Positions 55,285 to 64,000 of a stretch of DNA of 64,000 nt are shown piece after piece (positions within the stretch are counted from its first letter, which is position 1; every line of letters begins with the position of its first letter). The notes below the pieces were generated by a model. The model was not told the origin of the DNA. It did not search any database and saw only the letters and a program-made list of their open reading frames with translations. Made by a program: the position numbers and the translations under genes. Source of the DNA: the human T2T-CHM13v2.0 reference genome, Homo sapiens; the NCBI RefSeq assembly GCF_009914755.1, contig NC_060927.1, one strand, 5' to 3'.

Positions 55285-56561
55285 TGCAGAGAACTGCCAA
55301 GTTTAATTTCTGTATCTGAAGCATCACTGCAGTTTCTAATATGAAGCCATGTTGAAATGTTACCATAAGTGAAAGCACCTTCCCTTGCACTATAATATCT
55401 GGAGATAAAATGTTTGTTCTTTTTGCATCTTTATATTCATGTTAATTACGGAATGTCACTGGAATAAAAAAATGAAAGATCAAGATGCTGTATAATAGCT
55501 CTAAATCTAACATTTGGTATAAAAGCAAAAGAGTGAGGGAGTCTGGATATAGAAACAATAGCATTCCTAATAGTATAAACCCAATGTCAAGAATGGTTTA
55601 CAGAGAAATTCTCCCTTAAAAACTCATAACCACTCTTTACTTTCATGTTGGCCCTGTATAAGGGCAATAAAGAGATGGCATATCAAAGCAACAATGATTA
55701 TTTCCATGCAAGAATAAAGAATTTGGCAAAAATAATCTTTAGAATCATTCTCCTTCACTAGATTAGCAATACCCCTACAAACAGTACCTCAGCCCCCACT
55801 CATAACTGTTAGGTCTCTGAGCTATACTGGGGCACAATACAATTCAGATTTTTTCCATCCTTTACTGGAGAATAGTTCTTTGAATTTTTGAGTTTAGGCT
55901 CTAGTTAAAAAAACAAATCCTTGAAATATCAGAATTGTCTTTATTTTCCTTACAATTATTTATCAGAGAGAACCTGAAAGTTATAGTAATCACAGTGTTA
56001 AATATTTAACCAGACTGTCAAAAGGCTATGGTTATGTCTTGTTGATTCATGGTGACAGGAAATAATATTACTATATTTTATACATTACTAAATTCTAATG
56101 TACTGAAGTCTGCAAGAGAGAAAAAATTTCATTTTAGACTCTTCTCAGAACTGTCATTACGGAGAAAAATTATTGGTTTAAGTTTTGTCTTTTTTCTTGT
56201 TACTTTCTTTGATGGAGAAAGCTGAGAAATAAAAAGGGACCCCACTGATCAACATGGGGGTTAGGGGAAGAAAAAATGGATCCTAGCATGAGACAGAAGG
56301 TCTAAATTGTATACATCTTGCATAATTATTCAAATAATTAAGAGCTAACTATATACCAAAAAAATGGTATCTTAAGCAACAAAAATTCTATTTACTATGA
56401 CTTTATGCTTTTACAGTAATACAGTTCAAATTTCTGTAAGCTATTTCACAAAAACTAGTACTGAAGGCAAACTGTTTTCTCTTTTGGATTACTAGTAGCT
56501 ATTTTTATTACTTAGTATATGATAACAATTTTTAGACTAGTATTACAAGTTTTATACAAAC

Positions 56562-56648
56562 CTATGATATTTCCCAATGCCCACACTGCTTGCTCACAGA
56601 CATTCTGATGGGGTGAATGGAGAAGCCTCAGGAAAAGTGGCACAGCAT
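56562..56648 (-). CDS. KPNA4: Importin alpha-3, coding exon 8 (87 nt)
   Basis: cag|AT GCT...ATA G|gtttgt; (N)[28 protein letters not shown](G). Read manually; not in the ORF track. Confidence 0.95.
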
Positions 56649-56975
56649 CTGATGGAAGAAAAAATAACAATACTTAAGGTTGAAGATACCATAAACCAAA
56701 AATCAATCTTTATTTTTTTGCTGAGACCTCAAAAAAAAGGGAACCTATAAAAATATACTTAAAATATAACCTCATTAAATGAATTTTATTGGAATAGCAT
56801 CATTGGAAGAATTTTGACCAGTGACTATTTACTCAGTATCAAAATGAGTTATCCAGACAAGTGTTAAATTAGGCTTGTGAAATTTCATTAACAATTAAAC
56901 CTGGAATTAATTTCAAGATTAATTCCTTATAGATTATCTGTAGTTTGAAAAAAAAAAGTACATTATTGAAGTAAC

Positions 56976-59186
<2,211 letters not shown>

Positions 59187-59426
59187 CTATAAATAAAGTG
59201 TAACAATAATAATGTAATCTGCTACTATAATTAGGAAATGTTCTCATATTTAGAAAGGAATCAAGTGAATTTTTGGAAATACAAAAAACATCAGTCACCA
59301 GAATAAGAAGATTAAAGTAACATACTTAAGTTGACCTATTTCAATAACTACGTAGTAGCTATTATTTTATAATTTAAATTGCCATAGTCTTTTGGGAAGA
59401 TCACTATTTTTTACCGACTTCTTTTA

Positions 59427-59630
<204 letters not shown>

Positions 59631-60070
59631 TTAAAATGCATTAAATATTTTGTTTCAAAAGTTATCTATCCATCCAGCATATTTTTTTAACCCTCAACAA
59701 CTGTTTAAAACATCTCTTCAGTATAAAAAGCATACAACCTCCTCCAGCATCCTGATTTTTAGTAAGAAATCTTTTTTAAGATACTTGCATACTACTCCCC
59801 AAACAGTTTTCTCAAGTACCTATCTGGTCAAACTAGTTCTTGCCAATTTTCAAAGCATAAAAGTTAAATTTATCATTCTCAAGTTCCTTTTTTGGCTACT
59901 ACCTTCATCTCTTGGTGTTAACAAACCTTGCACTGCTTTTCACTTTGACTTTTCAACTCCATCCCATAGCCCTTTTCTTCTTTCTTTAAAGATCAAACTA
60001 ATTACTAGAGTCTTGTCTTCTCCAAAGGATACATTCTAAATTAAAAAAAAAAAAATAAATAATGTACTCA

Positions 60071-60247
<177 letters not shown>

Positions 60248-60409
60248 TTAACATAAATCTGAATATTTGGTACAAGTGCCTTCTCTGAAATTAACAATTT
60301 ATATAATGCAACCTTTTCTCTAAATTTATAAAAAGATATACAAATTAAATTTATAGAGATGACAAATAATTAGAAAAATAAGAATGTAGATATGAACCAC
60401 TTTACTACC

Positions 60410-63631
<3,222 letters not shown>

Positions 63632-64000
63632 GTCATTAATCTTAATCTACATCTACTTGTCTATGTACACTGACATAGTAACATTATAATTCTGGATTTA
63701 TTGTTTGATCAATATGAGGATTGTGAGAAGAATTAAGATACCTGGTAAGGATCTGAAGAATCTGACTTTATAAAATTAAACCTATTCATTAGTAAAAGGT
63801 AAAGCTTTACAAATAATGTTTTTCTCTTACTCTATGGCATTAATTTGTTAAATCAACTTTCCTTGGCATCTGTATGCATTATGTATATTAAACCTTCAGT
63901 GTACACTTTCAACTAAAAATAAAAATTGTTTAAAAAACTGTCACCAATTTTAATATTCTAAACCACAGAATTAAAAAAATAAATTTAGTTGATCTATTAC

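Overview
Human genomic DNA: an AluYb-class insertion points to the human lineage, and I recognise the locus as KPNA4 on 3q25. The right ~40 kb holds the 3' part of KPNA4 (importin alpha-3) on the minus strand. Twelve GT-AG coding exons (numbered 6-17 from recall; 1279 nt of CDS) translate cleanly into the ARM repeats and C-terminus. A ~7.1-kb 3' UTR follows, with a strong proximal poly(A) site (~28.78 kb) and a distal one (~23.6 kb). Intron 12 hosts the box C/D scaRNA SCARNA7/U90, whose U1-A70 guide can be read directly. The left ~23 kb is repeat-rich and non-coding (THE1, MST, MLT1, MER5A, L1, L2, many Alus), with a strong CTCF motif and possible orphan splice sites. Most ORFs in the track are Alu or chance ORFs. 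The best leads are an L2-derived 3'-terminal module that supplies both the distal AATAAA and an 18-nt perfect complement to miR-708-5p, and a 93-nt in-frame, stop-free intron. I found no convincing wholly new biological system. Repeat subfamilies and boundaries were assigned by eye and are approximate.
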